A DNA stretch of 64,000 nt from assembly GCA_013265495.1 (NCBI GenBank), contig MU058781.1, positions 9,467,009 through 9,531,008 on the forward strand. The letters run 5' to 3'. The notes below the pieces were generated by a model. It had not been told where the DNA came from, did not search any database, and saw only the letters and a program-made list of their open reading frames with translations. Shown one piece after another: positions 48,341-61,355 of the stretch. The stretch's first letter is position 1, and each line of letters starts with the position of its first letter. This stretch comes from Vicugna vicugna (lineage: Eukaryota). Both the position numbers and the translations under genes were made by a program.

Positions 48341-51300
48341 TTCTTTTTAGGTGGCATTTGTCCTTGAGTTGGTGTGAGTCAGCAAATGGGTAACAGCAGC
48401 AAATGTTCAGCCATCTTATCGGTGTCAAGTCTAGCAAATTGGCAAATTATATGACTACACCAAATGCATAAACAAGTTGAGAGGAGCCGTGTATTCCAAA
48501 CGAGAACAGCAGCTGTCCGTTCTGTCCTTAAGAACAGGAACGCCCCTCCTGATCTTCCAGTATTATGGCCCCTGGTTGGGAGATGTCAGCTGTACAATTT
48601 ATAGATTGAGGGCTCGGGAGAACAGGTTGCCTTTTTGAATTTTTCATCTCCAAGAGCTTGTTGTTATCCAGCCATATTTATGCTTCCCTGTATAATTCTT
48701 GAGTCATGAACCACATCAGTGGTAGGCTTAACAATTTTTTTTTTTTTGGTTGGAAATTGATAGAAAGCCCTCATCAGTAAACTGTGAAAATTTTCAGATG
48801 ACGTTCCCTTCAGCCAGTAAACTCTATTCATACTGGTACCTGGAGTACAAAACTCTTAGACTCAAACTTGTTTTTCTGTCTGAGCTTAGTTGAACCTGAG
48901 TGATACCCCTGGGATAATGGAAAAAATTCAGCCCCTCCTCTGCTCGTCCATAACATCAGTCCTTTTTTTCTGTGCATTTTTATTCTTACTCCTCTCTCCT
49001 TGAACTTCCTCTTATAAATGTTGATGTTTGAAAGATGGTTTTATGCTTTGGAGGATTGTTGCTGTCTAATTGAAATTGAATATCTGTGCTTCATTATTCA
49101 GTGCTGAACTTGATAGGGGCGACATTTCCTGGTAAATCAATAAACCAGCTTCATGGCTCAGTGTAAATTATCCAGTGGCAGGTAGAAGGGACTTCTGACC
49201 TGGTTGATCCTCTGCTTTTTATCAGAGAAATGGGTAAACTACTGGGTCTACGAATCTTCTTGTCTGCGATTTCAGAGTGTCAGGAGAACATTTCCATGGA
49301 TATTTTGTTTATGCAGAAAAACAAAAGCCTAAAAGTTCAAGCTGCCGTTGTAAAAAAAAAAAAAAAAAACCCACAAACTCTTGGGCTTTCATTTTGGTTG
49401 CAGGCTCCCAGCTGCTTTCTGGCTGTGTCCTATGTGGTGGGTGAATGAGTGTCTGATGGGTGTGCATTTTAAAGGCAAGGCAGATGTAAGGTTATAATTT
49501 AGTGACGTTTTGCTGAGTGCACTCTCCGCTATGCATGTCTCTTCATATATTTTACTATTTTAACAATATTTGGTTGTCTCAGCCTACTTGAGGCAGGCCT
49601 AATAATTTTGTGACTGTTTCAAACACACGAAGTGGCTCAATAGATGTGTCCGATGATGACAGTAGCCATTCTTGGTTTACGTTAGTGCTGTTTTTTGGCT
49701 GGATGTGCATATTTAACAAAGTGAGCTGACTAAATGTCATTAAATGAGTTGTCTTTATTTTGGCTTATGCTCTACCCCAATTTTAAGTTTTAGTGTCAAA
49801 ATTTAGCATTCAACTGCTGCTTTTGAATCTCTTGCCTTTTAATTTTGGATAGCAAATAAGGCAGTTACTCAGGTGGCCAAGTAGACTCTTTCTGACCTTG
49901 AATGTGGTTTGCTGGTACTCCATTTTTTAAAAAGTCACTGTTCACTGTTTTAGGACAGCATAAGCCATGGGAGATTTTCTGAAGATCTTCTTTCAAATCT
50001 GACATGCAGCTACCTGACATCTACAGTATTAGCTTGAAGGTGCCTTTCTTGGGTTCATACTTAAGGGACCGTGGAATGCAATGGAGGGATAGTTGGCTGT
50101 GGGTTTATCTTGGGGTACATCATACCTGACAGGCGCCAGCATCATTTTTCTTTTTTATATAAGAAGAGTCTGTTAAGAACAGCTTTATTAATATGAACTA
50201 TTAATACCTACCCACAAACTGTAAAGTGCTAAGAAATTTAAATATCTAAGTCGTAGCAAACAGCATCTGTGGTAGATGTTGCATTGTTGTTTAGGTCTAA
50301 TAACAATCTCCTAAGCCTGATGGTATCGGGGGATATTGACTATGACTGATTTTCTTCCATTTGCATGGTTTCAAGCTAGGGGTAAAACATAACTCAAGTG
50401 TGATTTAAAAGAAAAAAATCATTCAAAAAGTAATCCATGGCACCAGTAAGGTTGAAGTAACCCCAGAAACTCATGTTTTGTGGTGGGATGTTCATCAAGA
50501 TGATTTCCTTTTGTTTAGTAACTTATGACCATATACTTTAATATGGATGCCAGATATCCATTAATATAGGTTTATTGTGAAAAGGAAATTTTTGTATGCG
50601 TGTACATTCAGGCTAAGGCCTTAGTGTTTTTCCACAGTGCAACCAAGAAGTCAAAGCAGAGACTTTGGTTTTAATACAGTGTTAATGGAGTCTGGGTGAG
50701 AGAGTCCTCAGTTGAAAGTAAAGCAGACCACAGTTCATTCATACGCAGTCGAAGAGCTTTTGGCCCTATAATGTAGGGCATCTAATCTTATTAGAAAGCC
50801 TTGAAAATCAATAAAAAATAAAACAGCCTTAAAAGTGTGGTAGCACTGAGTTCATTTCTTTAAAAAAATCTGTTTTCAATTACATTACTCATCTTTAAAT
50901 GTGCCACAATGGTTTTTATTTAAAAGATACTTTTATTCTATGTATATATTTACCACTGTCAAAAATGTGTGTCCTTTTTCGTTGTCCTGCAAATCCCTGT
51001 TTTCAACCATTTTGGAGCCTCCTCCTTGAGGAGACCATTTTGCTGGAAAGCAGTTAAAGCTGCCTGTTAGCCTGGTCTGGTTCTTGCTGAAAGAGTGTCA
51101 TAATGCATTTCTTTGCCCAGAGTGAACTTTAGTTCCCTGTTTTTGAATGAAATAAAGTTAAGGTCAGAGAGTCAAATATAAGAAATAAATCTTGCAGACA
51201 GAGCACGCCTTAACATCTAATCATCAATCTCTCAAATCTAGGAGCTGGGAGACCACTGTACTGTTATCATGCTGATACTGAGCTGATATCAAATTTGATG

Positions 51301-51748
51301 AAACACACTGGCAGTTGTGAAGGGCAGCTGATAATCATGGTGCAAACTCAACAAAAAAGTTAGGAAAATCTGTAGGAGGTGTTTTCTATCATTTGGCTTT
51401 GTTCTGTTGGCTGTTGGCTTTTGATTGGCAAGAAGGAGGAGTTGTACTTATCTCCCCAGCTAGAGAGATTTTTAAGATGCTTAAAAAAGGTATTGAGCCT
51501 ACACTTCTGTTACTGCCTCTCCCCAAAAAGACAAGTAAATGGAAGTCATACAGTTGTATACTGAGTAGGGAAAGCCACCCAGATTCATGCAATTCACGTA
51601 GACCTGAAAAGAGTTTGCATTTTTTTAATCAAAGTAGGCTCTGTAACTATTAAAGCTCTTTTTGTCTTTCTGTTCAAAAAATAGTAAATGGGCACAGTTT
51701 CTTAGAAAATGAGGGTCACCTCAGATATTTTTATTTAGGATTAATACA

Positions 51749-51941
51749 CAGTGGACCCTGGAACAACATGGGGTTTGAACTGCATGGATCCACTAATGTG
51801 TGGATTGTTTTTTTCAATAAATGCATACTACAGTACTGCATCATCTGCAGTTGATTGAATCTGTGGATAGAACCTTGGATACCCAGGGACGACAGTAAAG
51901 TTATATATGAGTTTTCAACTGCATTGTTCAAGGGTCAACTG
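51749..51941 (+). mobile_element. Tigger2/MER8-type TcMar MITE
   Basis: TIRs cagtggaccctggaacaa (51749) and ttgttcaagggtcaactg (ends 51941), followed by TA (left flank reads CA); internal gggtttgaactgcatggatccact...tttttcaataaat. Confidence 0.9.
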
Positions 51942-53397
51942 TATTTTGACTCTTAACTGTTTCTGTACAAAGTGAAATCAGATCTTTTGTATCATTGTGT
52001 GGCATCTTAAAACATGTGATTGGTCATGTTTCTGCCCTGCCAGATTTACAGGAGGAAAGTTGTTCTAACCATAGGGCCAGTCCCACTAATTGAAGTCATG
52101 TGCAGGTGGGTCAACATGATATAGATGTTTGGTTTTAAGAGAGTTTAGAAAGGGTACCGAGTCCTGAAATGTTCTGTTTGGAAAGCTCTGCTCTATAAAA
52201 TTGGCCTTTAACACGGCCGATGACTCTTAATTAGAGTGATATACTGGCTGATGTGCTGTCTATTTGAGAAGAAACAACACTGGTGTGCCTGAGCATCACT
52301 ATTTGTAATGTATTAAGATACTTTCTCTGGTATGGCATTTCTGACTGCCAGTCTTCTCTGCTGTGCTTCAGGTGTGAATCATGATAATGTAGTGAAAGAC
52401 GGTGATTTACTGCTTGGGGGGCATGTGTGTGGATGATTAAAGGGTGTAAGTGCAGGACTCCAAGATTTACTTCCTTCCTGTTGCAGCGAGGATAGCTGAG
52501 GAGAGTGAGTAATGGGATAATTTATAACACTGTAGGCCTTTCGTCAAGAGACCTCTAGTCAAAACAGGAAGATAAAACTCAAAAGATTTCAACCAGGAGA
52601 ACACAACTTTTGATACTCTCTGGACATACCTCTTCATTGCAAGCGGTAGAGTCTTCAGAATTTTTCTTTTACTTTTTCAAGGTGACTTCCATCAGAAAGG
52701 TTAGTGTGTCAATCCTAGTTAAATTTTATACATCTTTCCTCCATGATTTTTGTTAATTTGATATTGTGATGTTTTTGGGAAATCAAAGAAACCAAGTGGC
52801 CTCATATAGGACTCAGGTTCTTTCTGTGAGGTCAGGGTATTGTCCAGTGTTAGTATCAGGACAAACTCAACATTTTAGTGGGGAGCTTACCCTATTTTTT
52901 TTTTCTGGAATCTTTCATTTACATGTACTTCATTCCAGTTTTGACATGATGAAATGGGGGTTGGGTGAATAGTTTCCTTCCCAACTGTGTGTGTTTAGGG
53001 CAAAAGGATTTAACTGGCTTTGGAGAAGACTTTATCCAGGAATTTTGATATTGCAAACATATACAGGAGGAGTTGAAAGGGATATTTGGTAATGTTCAAA
53101 TGGTTTGTTTTATCACCAGTTGCTCTAGATAAAGGCTTCTGTGCTGTTTTCATGTTTTTAAAACATGCCGGATACAGCATTTAGAACACAACTCATCCTA
53201 CAATTAAAGTGTATCATCACTTTGGAATTGCTTATCATTCAGAGGTTTCAGGCACTGTTAGTGCGATGAGGTCTTCTGATTTGCTACTGTAGGTGACATT
53301 AGATTTTGTGAAAATTGAATACCCTGAGTGATATTTTTATGTTAAAAATACTAACTTTATCTTTCACTTTGGAGTGTCTTAGTGGTTAACAGTAGGC

Positions 53398-53535
53398 TTT
53401 TTTAAAAATTGAAGTTTAGTTGATTTACAATGTTGTTAGTTTCTGGTGTACAGTGTACTTATTTAGTTATGTGTGTGTGTGCATGTGTGTGTATCATACA
53501 TATACATGCTCCTTATGTTAGAGATCATTAAGATA
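53398..53535 (-). mobile_element. Short LINE-1 3' tip containing a (TG)n run (~53470-53493)
   Basis: ttttttaaaaattgaagtttagttgatttacaatgttgttagtttctggtgtacag...agttatgtgtgtgtg. Confidence 0.8.
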
Positions 53536-53984
53536 AAATGGGAACAGTTCCAAGCTCTTCCTTTTCTCCCATCTGCCTTGGGTACCGGTTTTTCACGGTA
53601 CCCTTTTGAACTGACCTTCAGTTCCATGTGATGTAAATATTAACGGCCTTGACATTTCTTGGTATGTGCACAGTTCAGGGTGTGCACTATTTCCAGATAA
53701 CTAAAAGCAGGTGGACAGGAGGGTAGATAGCCGTGAGCTCACTGATCCCCATAATTCAGAGGGGCCCTTGCTATAGCCCTGCTTCTGGATTTTGTGCAGG
53801 AGGAATGTGTCAGAGGCAAAGTTCAGGTCTTTGAGGCATTTCTATATTGCAAACTCCCTGTATTGTCCCCATGTTAGTCTGGCCTTATAATACATCATCT
53901 AGGGCAAATAACATGTAGGTGAGCTGTTTTTCCTTCCTTTTAAAATTATGGACTCCAGTTCCACTACCAGGGTGATGCTGTATC

Positions 53985-54205
53985 ATACTTAAATGTTTGG
54001 GCTCTGGAGCCAGAGTTTCCAGGTTCAAATCCTGGTTCTACTGTTTATCAGCAATGTGAACCGCAGGCAAATTATTTAACCTCTCTTTTAAAGCCTCATT
54101 TCCTCAGTTATAAAATGGGGATAATAATAACACATCAGAATTAAATGAGAATTGTCCAGTTGTGATTAGTACTTTAGTAAAGAAGTCTTGAACGTTAGTC
54201 GTTAA
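53985..54205 (+). mobile_element. MIR SINE
   Basis: gggctctggagccagagtttccaggttcaaatcctggttctac...ggcaaattatttaacctctct...cctcatttcctcagttataaaatggggataataata. Confidence 0.9.
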
Positions 54206-55639
54206 TAAGCCTTCAGGTATCCTGTACCTAGAGACTAACCGGCAAAACTGGTAAGACCTACAGCTTAAGAAAATCTATACCAAGGGTCACACTCCTGGAG
54301 TATTTATTTGGTTACATGAAAATCATATATTTAAAGAAGAACATAGCACTGACTTTGTTAAGAAGCAGTTTAACAAATGTTATTTTGCTTCTGGTTTTAA
54401 AGTAAATTTTCCAGTTTTATGCAATGTGTATTAGGGATGGAGATGTTAGAATACTTTCTTCATTGTATTGTCAAGCATTATTGGTAGCCTTAATTTATAC
54501 ATCCATTGTGCTATAGTTTTAGTTGCAAACTACCCCCTGCAGGGATTATTGTAGCACCTTAGGGGATGGAATGACTGCATTCTGTTTTGGGTACTTTTTT
54601 TTTTTTTTACACTAAGAAGCATGGGCACCATGAGATGGTACTTACCCATCTGTCTGTCGAAGCATTTATATGTATATTACCTGAGCACTTAGGCACACCA
54701 CCGAGAGAGGGGATTTAAAATGAAGAAAGAGGAAAAATTGAAAACAAAATAACATGATGGAAATGACAAAAGCCTGTTTGCAAAGAATACCTAAATAGCT
54801 CTTAAAAACAGATTTAATAGCCAAAAAAAAAAAACCATTCACTATTGTCTTTAAGAAACAAAACCTAATCTACAAAGTTGAAACTGAAGTATAAATCTGG
54901 AAAATTTCCAGGGAAGTCAAGCAAGCCAGACTTCTAGATCTCAAATTCAAGGTTGGAGGAAAATTTTAATTTACAGAATGACTCCTTAACATTGATTGTG
55001 AGCTGTCTGTCCATGTTTGCTGGGTAGATCCTGAAACATTAACTGATTAAATTCTTCAATGCTATGTGGTCATGATTATAGTCTCACTGTTGAGAGCTTC
55101 TAAATTTGTGTATTGACACCTGGAATGTTCACTAAATGAGGAGTAGAGGGCAGAGTGGAACACTTTGGGCTCAGCTTGTCTTTCTTAAAGAGAACCAGTA
55201 GAAAGATGGTGAATTCAATTGAAATAAGATAGAACTGATGGACTGTGCCGTGTAGCACCTAATAAATTGTCCTGTCCCTTTTAAAACACCCTCCATCTGC
55301 CTCATTCTCCCTTTATAGTTACACTAGATACAAAAATACTCTGTACTGGTAGAGAGGGAAGATTTCAGGTGGACTTCACACCACGGGACTCCCTGCCAGC
55401 CCTTCCCCTTTGTGGTTGTGATGGCTTACACTTTTGAATTCCTCTTGGGGGACAAGGTGATGTGTTCCCCGCCCTCTATATTCAATGGTAGTAATTTTTT
55501 CTCTAGGTGACCACCACCTCTGAGAACATGTTTTCACAGAGCTCTTTGGCCCATGAGGTGAGAGTAGGGTCTGGCCTCCCATGAGTCTTTGTGTCTGTTC
55601 ACACTTAGAAACCTGTGAGCTCAAGACTGAGAATTTTGA

Positions 55640-55780
55640 TGGTGACAGGGATGTGGAGATCAGCTTCATTTTATGGATGCAGAAACTGAGGTCCACAGAG
55701 GTGAGGAAATGTCCCCAAGGTCATCCAGCCAGCAATAGTCAGGGCAGTACTTGAAAGCAGTACAATTTTGGCTTTTGCGT
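55640..55780 (-). mobile_element. MIR SINE
   Basis: ttcattttatggatgcagaaactgaggtccacagaggtgagg..atgtccccaaggtcatccagc. Confidence 0.8.
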
Positions 55781-57439
55781 CCAGGGAGGGAGATGTGTAA
55801 TAGGTGCTGGGCTCCACGATGGTTAACAGGTTGAAGTGGACTGATGGAGGAATACGAGAAAAAGGGTAAAAGAACGAGAAAACGGGGTTTGTCTGAGATT
55901 ATATTAAAGAGACATCCTTAGTCTGGAAATGTGAATGTTCTTACAGATAAAGAAAGGAAAAGATGAAAAGCACAATGAACACTGGGTGTCTTTAGTGGTT
56001 TACCTCTCACTGAAACAACGGAACAAGGAATATTCACCATCAGGTAATTTAGGGTGATGGAGTCTGGACAATTTCCGGTTCTACCTTCTTCCCTCCTAGG
56101 GTCCTTTGGTTTTGCTACAAGAAAAAGCAGGTGAGACACTTTGCAGAACTGGTACCTGAATCTCAGGTGAAACGACTGGCTCCCATCCCAGGGTGAGGTC
56201 ACATAGTCTGATATTAGTTGGGTTTATGTCACCATGCTGACCCAAGTGCAAGGCATGTTGCCATGACTCCTCCTCAGCCGTTTATCAGGTCAGTAGAAGT
56301 GACCCTGGGTCAGTTGTGTATTGCATCATTCAGAAGCGTACCCCATCCATGGGCACATGTGTATCTTCTTTTTCTATGAGGAGTTTTAATTACTTGTGGA
56401 AAATGTGACTTAGTTGTAACTGGTGTCATGGCTTTGGCCCTCTGTGTTTCATTCACATTTTCAAAGTCACGCTTGTCTGGGCAAGTCTGGAGATCTGGTG
56501 TTTTGATTTCCAGGAGTCTCTTTTCATCATTTTTTGTGGAAACTTGTTCTATGGGAAGACTTAGTTGAATTGGACAAGATATACTCAAGGCTACCATTGC
56601 TGACGCCTTTCTCAGAGCAATTAAGTATCTGTAAATGTATATATCTGAGAATAATGCTCACGGTAACTAATGGTTACCGAGTGCTTAAACCTGATGGAGT
56701 TAGTGCTGTTAACTCATCTTACAGACAAGGGAATGAAGAACAGGAGTGAACAGAAGAGACTTGCACAGTCTCAAGGAGCATATGGCGACGGTAGACAATT
56801 AAAAATACTTTGCTCAGTCCCATTGAATGCCTGTTAACCTCCTACTTTCTTAATCTGAATTAGGAAAATATGTGTACTTCCTGTGGTTGTTGAAAGGAGC
56901 TTGCAGTCAAATGGAGGAATGTTTCCTTAAACCAAACTTGAAGCTATGTTAATAGAGGGGAGGAGGATCTCAAGGAGAGCGTGCTAATCCTCATTTGGGT
57001 TACCTTCCAGTTGAACTCCTCCTGGAATCATGTTGGAAACCTAGGGAGACTGGACTGTGTTAAAACCGAAAGCAGAAACTCGAGAGAACTGACGTTACCA
57101 AAATTTTGTGCCACATTGAGTATGTGAAGTGACACCAGTAACTCCATCAGGAATAAGGTTGGCAGCCACAAGAGTAGGTGGCTTGGGCAACTGGGAATTG
57201 GCATCTTTAATGTCTCAGCAGCTAAATGAATATGTTGGGCATTAGAACCACTGATGTTGGTTCTCAGTGGCAGGTATCACTGGATAGGACTGAACAGGAG
57301 AGGAAGAAAGTGGCAGACAACTATGTGATGGATGAGGACATAGTGTTCAGGAAATCCCTAGTAACAGTTTCACACTTCAGTTTGGGGTGTGCTTTGGGCA
57401 CACGCATTCCATCAAGTGCCATTTAGCAGGTGCGTGTTC

Positions 57440-57600
57440 TCACGTAGCGCTGTGCCTCAGTCCTGTTTGGAAAATGGGGATAGTAATGGAGTTTACCTCA
57501 CTGGGTTTGTTTACGGCTTAAATTAGTTAATACAAGTCAAGTGCTAACATTTGTGCCTATGAGCCATTAACTAAGTGCTTACTCTGATGATGGTGATGAA
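57440..57600 (+). mobile_element. MIR SINE
   Basis: ctgtgcctcagtcctgtttggaaaatggggatagtaat..gtttacctcactgggtt...ttaaattagttaataca. Confidence 0.75.
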
Positions 57601-57799
57601 GAAATAACAGAAATCAATTCTCTAGAGTAAACGATATGAGACATCAGCCACTCTGCTAGAATCCTGGATAGGTTGTTTTTTCCCTCAAGGAGACTTATAT
57701 CTTGTTGGGGGAGATAAGATACACATGATTGTAAAAGTAATTAACTCAACAATATCCAATTCCTATCTATCCATACCTGTCCAGACCAGGATTACCATT

Positions 57800-58140
57800 T
57801 ACTAGCATGCATCCTGTTTCTCCCTGGCAAAGCCAGAGAACTCACATCACCCAGATTAGATTCTCTTCTGTCTTGGTGCATTTGCATATGCCATTGCCAT
57901 TAGTCTAAACTTACTTTTTTTCTTTTTTTAATCTGCCTCTTGAAATCCTCTATGCAGTCTTTATTTCTTGCCTCAGCCCCTCAGGTCAGCTTCTAATGCA
58001 TTGGAATGAAAGCTTGTGCCTTGGACATGCCTATTTGGAAATTGTTTGACCTGTGCGTTTCTCCATTAGATGTCGAACTCTCTAGAGGAAATCTATATAA
58101 ATGGTCAGATTCTGTGTAGTTCAGCTTATTGAATGAGTGA
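57800..58140 (+). mobile_element. L2 3' region
   Basis: catttgcatatgccatt...tctccattagatgtcgaactctctagagg...tattgaatgagtga. Confidence 0.5.
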
Positions 58141-58154
58141 TTATTTTTGTAACT

Positions 58155-58265
58155 CCACTGTAAGGTCTTTGAACTTCATTGTCCTCATCTGTACAATGGA
58201 TTACTTACAAACATCAAGAACAATGATTAGCTTTGCAGTAAGCACACATTAAGTGTTGGTTATTG
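58155..58265 (+). mobile_element. MIR SINE fragment
   Basis: tctttgaacttcattgtcctcatctgtacaatgg...agtaagcacacattaagtgttggttatt. Confidence 0.55.
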
Positions 58266-58377
58266 TTATATAAACATAACTTTCAGATAGGTTTTCAGCA
58301 CACTTTTTTTAAAAAAATAAAATCTGGTTTTATTTTACTATTTTCAGCCTGATTACATCTTACCTCTTTTTGTATCT

Positions 58378-58416
58378 CTTTTTTTTAACTTTTTTTTTAT
58401 TGATTTATAGTCATTT
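58378..58416 (-). mobile_element. Extreme 3' tip (~40 bp) of a young camelid-like LINE-1
   Basis: ttttttttaactttttttttattgatttatagtcattt resembles the antisense end of young camelid L1 (ttttaacattttttattgatttataatcattttacaatg, from memory). Confidence 0.6.
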
Positions 58417-59779
58417 AGCACTCACTTTTTGTTTTGTTTTTTATTAAGGTAGCTGCAGTGGCTGCTTTACATTTAATTATTTCTAAACTCCTAATCTTAT
58501 TTATAAAAGGACTCTTCTTCCACTCCTATCAGGAGTACTTCCCTGGGGCCGTTTACCTCCCACTAAAAAGCAAATGAAGCTAATCTCCGTGGCTTGAAAT
58601 CAATTCCATCTAGACCGGAAAGAATATGCTAATCGCCTTTGCTAAGTGCTTTTTGGCCAAAGGTGTAAAAGCCTGATTCTGCTTGGGGTGGGGAGGATGG
58701 GACCGAAATTTCTGTCTTAAAATTTGTGATTATGGAATTTGCATCTAAGCATAAATTTTTGGCCCTTTTGATTGAAAGAACTACAGCAAGGCAAGATTTC
58801 TGTGACATGGTATTTAACTCTTGTTACATTCGATTTAATTTTTGTAGAAATGATGCAAATCTCTCTCCCCGCATATCAGTGACATGTTCTTACGAATGTT
58901 TAAGACCATTCATTTTCAAAGAGCACAGGCTGTTTTAAAGAACAGTATTTAAAGGCTGTCAGGCTGCCTCAGTTTCTTCGTCAGTGAATCTAACCCTGGC
59001 CACCTGCATACCTCCCTGGAGTGTTTGGGTGAACGGCTCTGAGCTTGTAAAGGACTTTGAATTTCTTGGATGAAAGGATCTCTGTAAGTACAGGTCTTAT
59101 GAAGGTATTATATGAGGGCTTTCTAAACTGCCACACAGCCTGTTTTGCAAGAATGCTAATGCACTTCTGGTTTAGGGCTGTAAAAAGATGTGCGTTCAGA
59201 AGCCTCAGGCTGCATCTTGTGAGGTTCCTGAGGCATGTGTCACTGCTTGCTTACCTCTAGCACAGATTGTCTCTGCACTGCAGGTAGCTACAAGCACGCT
59301 TAGGTAGAGCAACCATTTGGATTTACAGCTGCCTGGGTTTGGCTCCTGCAATATGGAGGAGAAAGCCCTGGATGCTAGGAGAGAGGATGGGCTGGGTGTT
59401 CCTGGACCCATGGCCTCACCTCTTGGTAGCCTCTGGGTTTGCCGTAATGAGGGCACAAAGAAGTGTTGCAAGAGGCAGAGCTGAAGGTAGAGAGTTTGCT
59501 GGAGGAACTGAGCTGAGACCTGGATTTGAGGTCTGACTCTTCCAGTTACTGGTCTGTCCTGAGGCAGTTGGTTCTTGGCCTTGGGCCTCAGTTCCCTTCT
59601 TACGGTTCTTCATTCAAGGGTGGGGGTGGGGGGATGTGAAAGGATATGAAAAGAGTGATCACAGAACGAGAGCGTGGTGTTAGGAGTTTGTGTGAAGCAC
59701 TGTTGACCGCAGGAAGTACTCATGCCCTTTGGAACCGATGTTCTGGAATTTTTTCACTTCCATTCATCTGATGTTCATT

Positions 59780-59900
59780 CTCCCCTGGGTTTCAGGCACC
59801 ATCCTGGGCCCTATGAGAGGGTGAACATACTAGAGGAGACTTTAGTCCTTACGAATGGATCCTCTAATGGAGGTAACATGTAAACAATTTCAGAGCAGTT
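59780..59900 (-). mobile_element. L2 3' fragment
   Basis: caggcaccatcctgggccctatgag...gtgaaca...agtccttacg..ggatcctctaatggagg. Confidence 0.45.
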
Positions 59901-60987
59901 TTTGGCATATGATAATCACTTGAAGGTTAACAATTGTTCGTATCTGCCTGGGTCCCCGTCGGCAGCGTGAACTCAGGTCCTCTCCTTTCCTTTCTACTGT
60001 CTGCCTCAGAGAAATCTTGCCTGGACCAAGTCACACGGTGGGTGTGTGCAGAAAGAATTCTTTTCAGTGCCCTGGAGTGCTGTCCTTGTGATTCAGCTGG
60101 GTTCTCTCAAAGGGGGCTCACACATCTGGAAGGTCGTGGTATACTTATCCCAGCTACTGTGAAGCCACTCAGAAGTACTTGCTGCATCGGGTATAAATTT
60201 GCGAGACTGAATAAAGGAAAAGTCACCTCCTTCTCTCCCTTTCGTCCTTTCAACTTGAATTGCATTTTAAAAGTCCTTCTCTTAGGATAAATAGATGTTA
60301 TTTGATCTGTGAAAGGGCCCATCCTTCCTGCTTTGGGGAAGGATTTGTAAATACCTTCCTGAAGCAGATGAGATGCTTTGGCTGCTGGTACCCTTGGTGG
60401 CAGAGGAGCTCCAGTTCCTGGTTTTGATCATTAAAAACCAGCTAGAAAGACGAGCACAAAAAATTATGTATAGTGAGGCGTAATTTTGACTATCAGCTTC
60501 TTCTCCCCTAGTAGACAAAAGAATCAGCCAACCTTCAGCGTGTATTTCTCAAAATTGACTACCCACGATGGTTTATCCTGATAAATAGGATTCTTCTGTT
60601 ACGCAGATCGGTTAATTTTTGTGTATAAGGTGGTGAACTTTGTGTTAGAGAAGTGATGATACGTGACTGAGTCGAAAGAAGAGGGCTCAACCCCCTTTTG
60701 TGATTTTTCTTCTAGAGAAGTGAATGTGATTTTTAAATATCTAAAGCAGTACCTTTTGGGGTCCATACTTTATCCTTCAGGAGAGACTCTCTTTGTACAT
60801 AACCTTCTTTTGGGGAGAAACTGTAGCTGTGGTTGCATTTCTGTTTTGAGTTAGTGGTGTTTCTCCCAGGCAAGTCTCTCAGCAGACTGATAAAAGGAAC
60901 TTGCTGGGTTTTGATACCTAGGGTTTCTTCCCGGTTTAAAAAATTCAGTGATTTAATTCAACAAAAGGATAATCAGTGGAAGCTACA

Positions 60988-61191
60988 AAGTGTTTCATAA
61001 CCCTGGCTCTGTGTCAGAATCATTCACTAGCCCACCCCTGTCTCTTTTTTCAAAATTCACATGCCTGGGTGCTGTCTACCACTATTCTGATTTAGTCGGT
61101 CGGTCAGGCGTGGGGTCTGGGGGTGTGTATTTTTCATAAAAGTTCCCTAGGGATTCTTCTGATGCACAGCAAGAATCGAGAATGACCATTG
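60988..61191. mobile_element. MER5-type hAT-Charlie element
   Basis: aaccctggctctgtgtcagaatca...atgcctggg...ttctgatttagtcggtc...gtatttttcataaaagttccctagggatt..ctgatgcacagc...gagaa..accattg. Confidence 0.7.
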
Positions 61192-61196
61192 GCTGT

Positions 61197-61355
61197 TAGT
61201 GATTCTAAAATGGGGAAAGTACTAGGAGTTCTTGAGAATTTGAGAAAACTATGGACATTTTCCGAGAAAACCCTATGTGCACAAATTTTAAAACTGCAGT
61301 TTAAGGGCATTTGTGTTTAACAAATCTTAGGAGTCCCTGATCCAGAAGTCACTTC
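61197..61355. mobile_element. Probable hAT-Charlie non-autonomous fragment
   Basis: ttgagaatttgagaaaactatggac..tttccgagaaaa..atgtgcacaaatttt resembles an old eutherian Charlie MITE. Confidence 0.45.

Noticed and set aside
47772..48437. Pairs of near-identical short ORFs
   Set aside because: By-product of the 350-bp tandem duplication.
49653..49730. ATGATGA ... CTGA spacing suggestive of a C/D-box snoRNA
   Set aside because: No terminal stem and no recognisable rRNA/snRNA antisense element.
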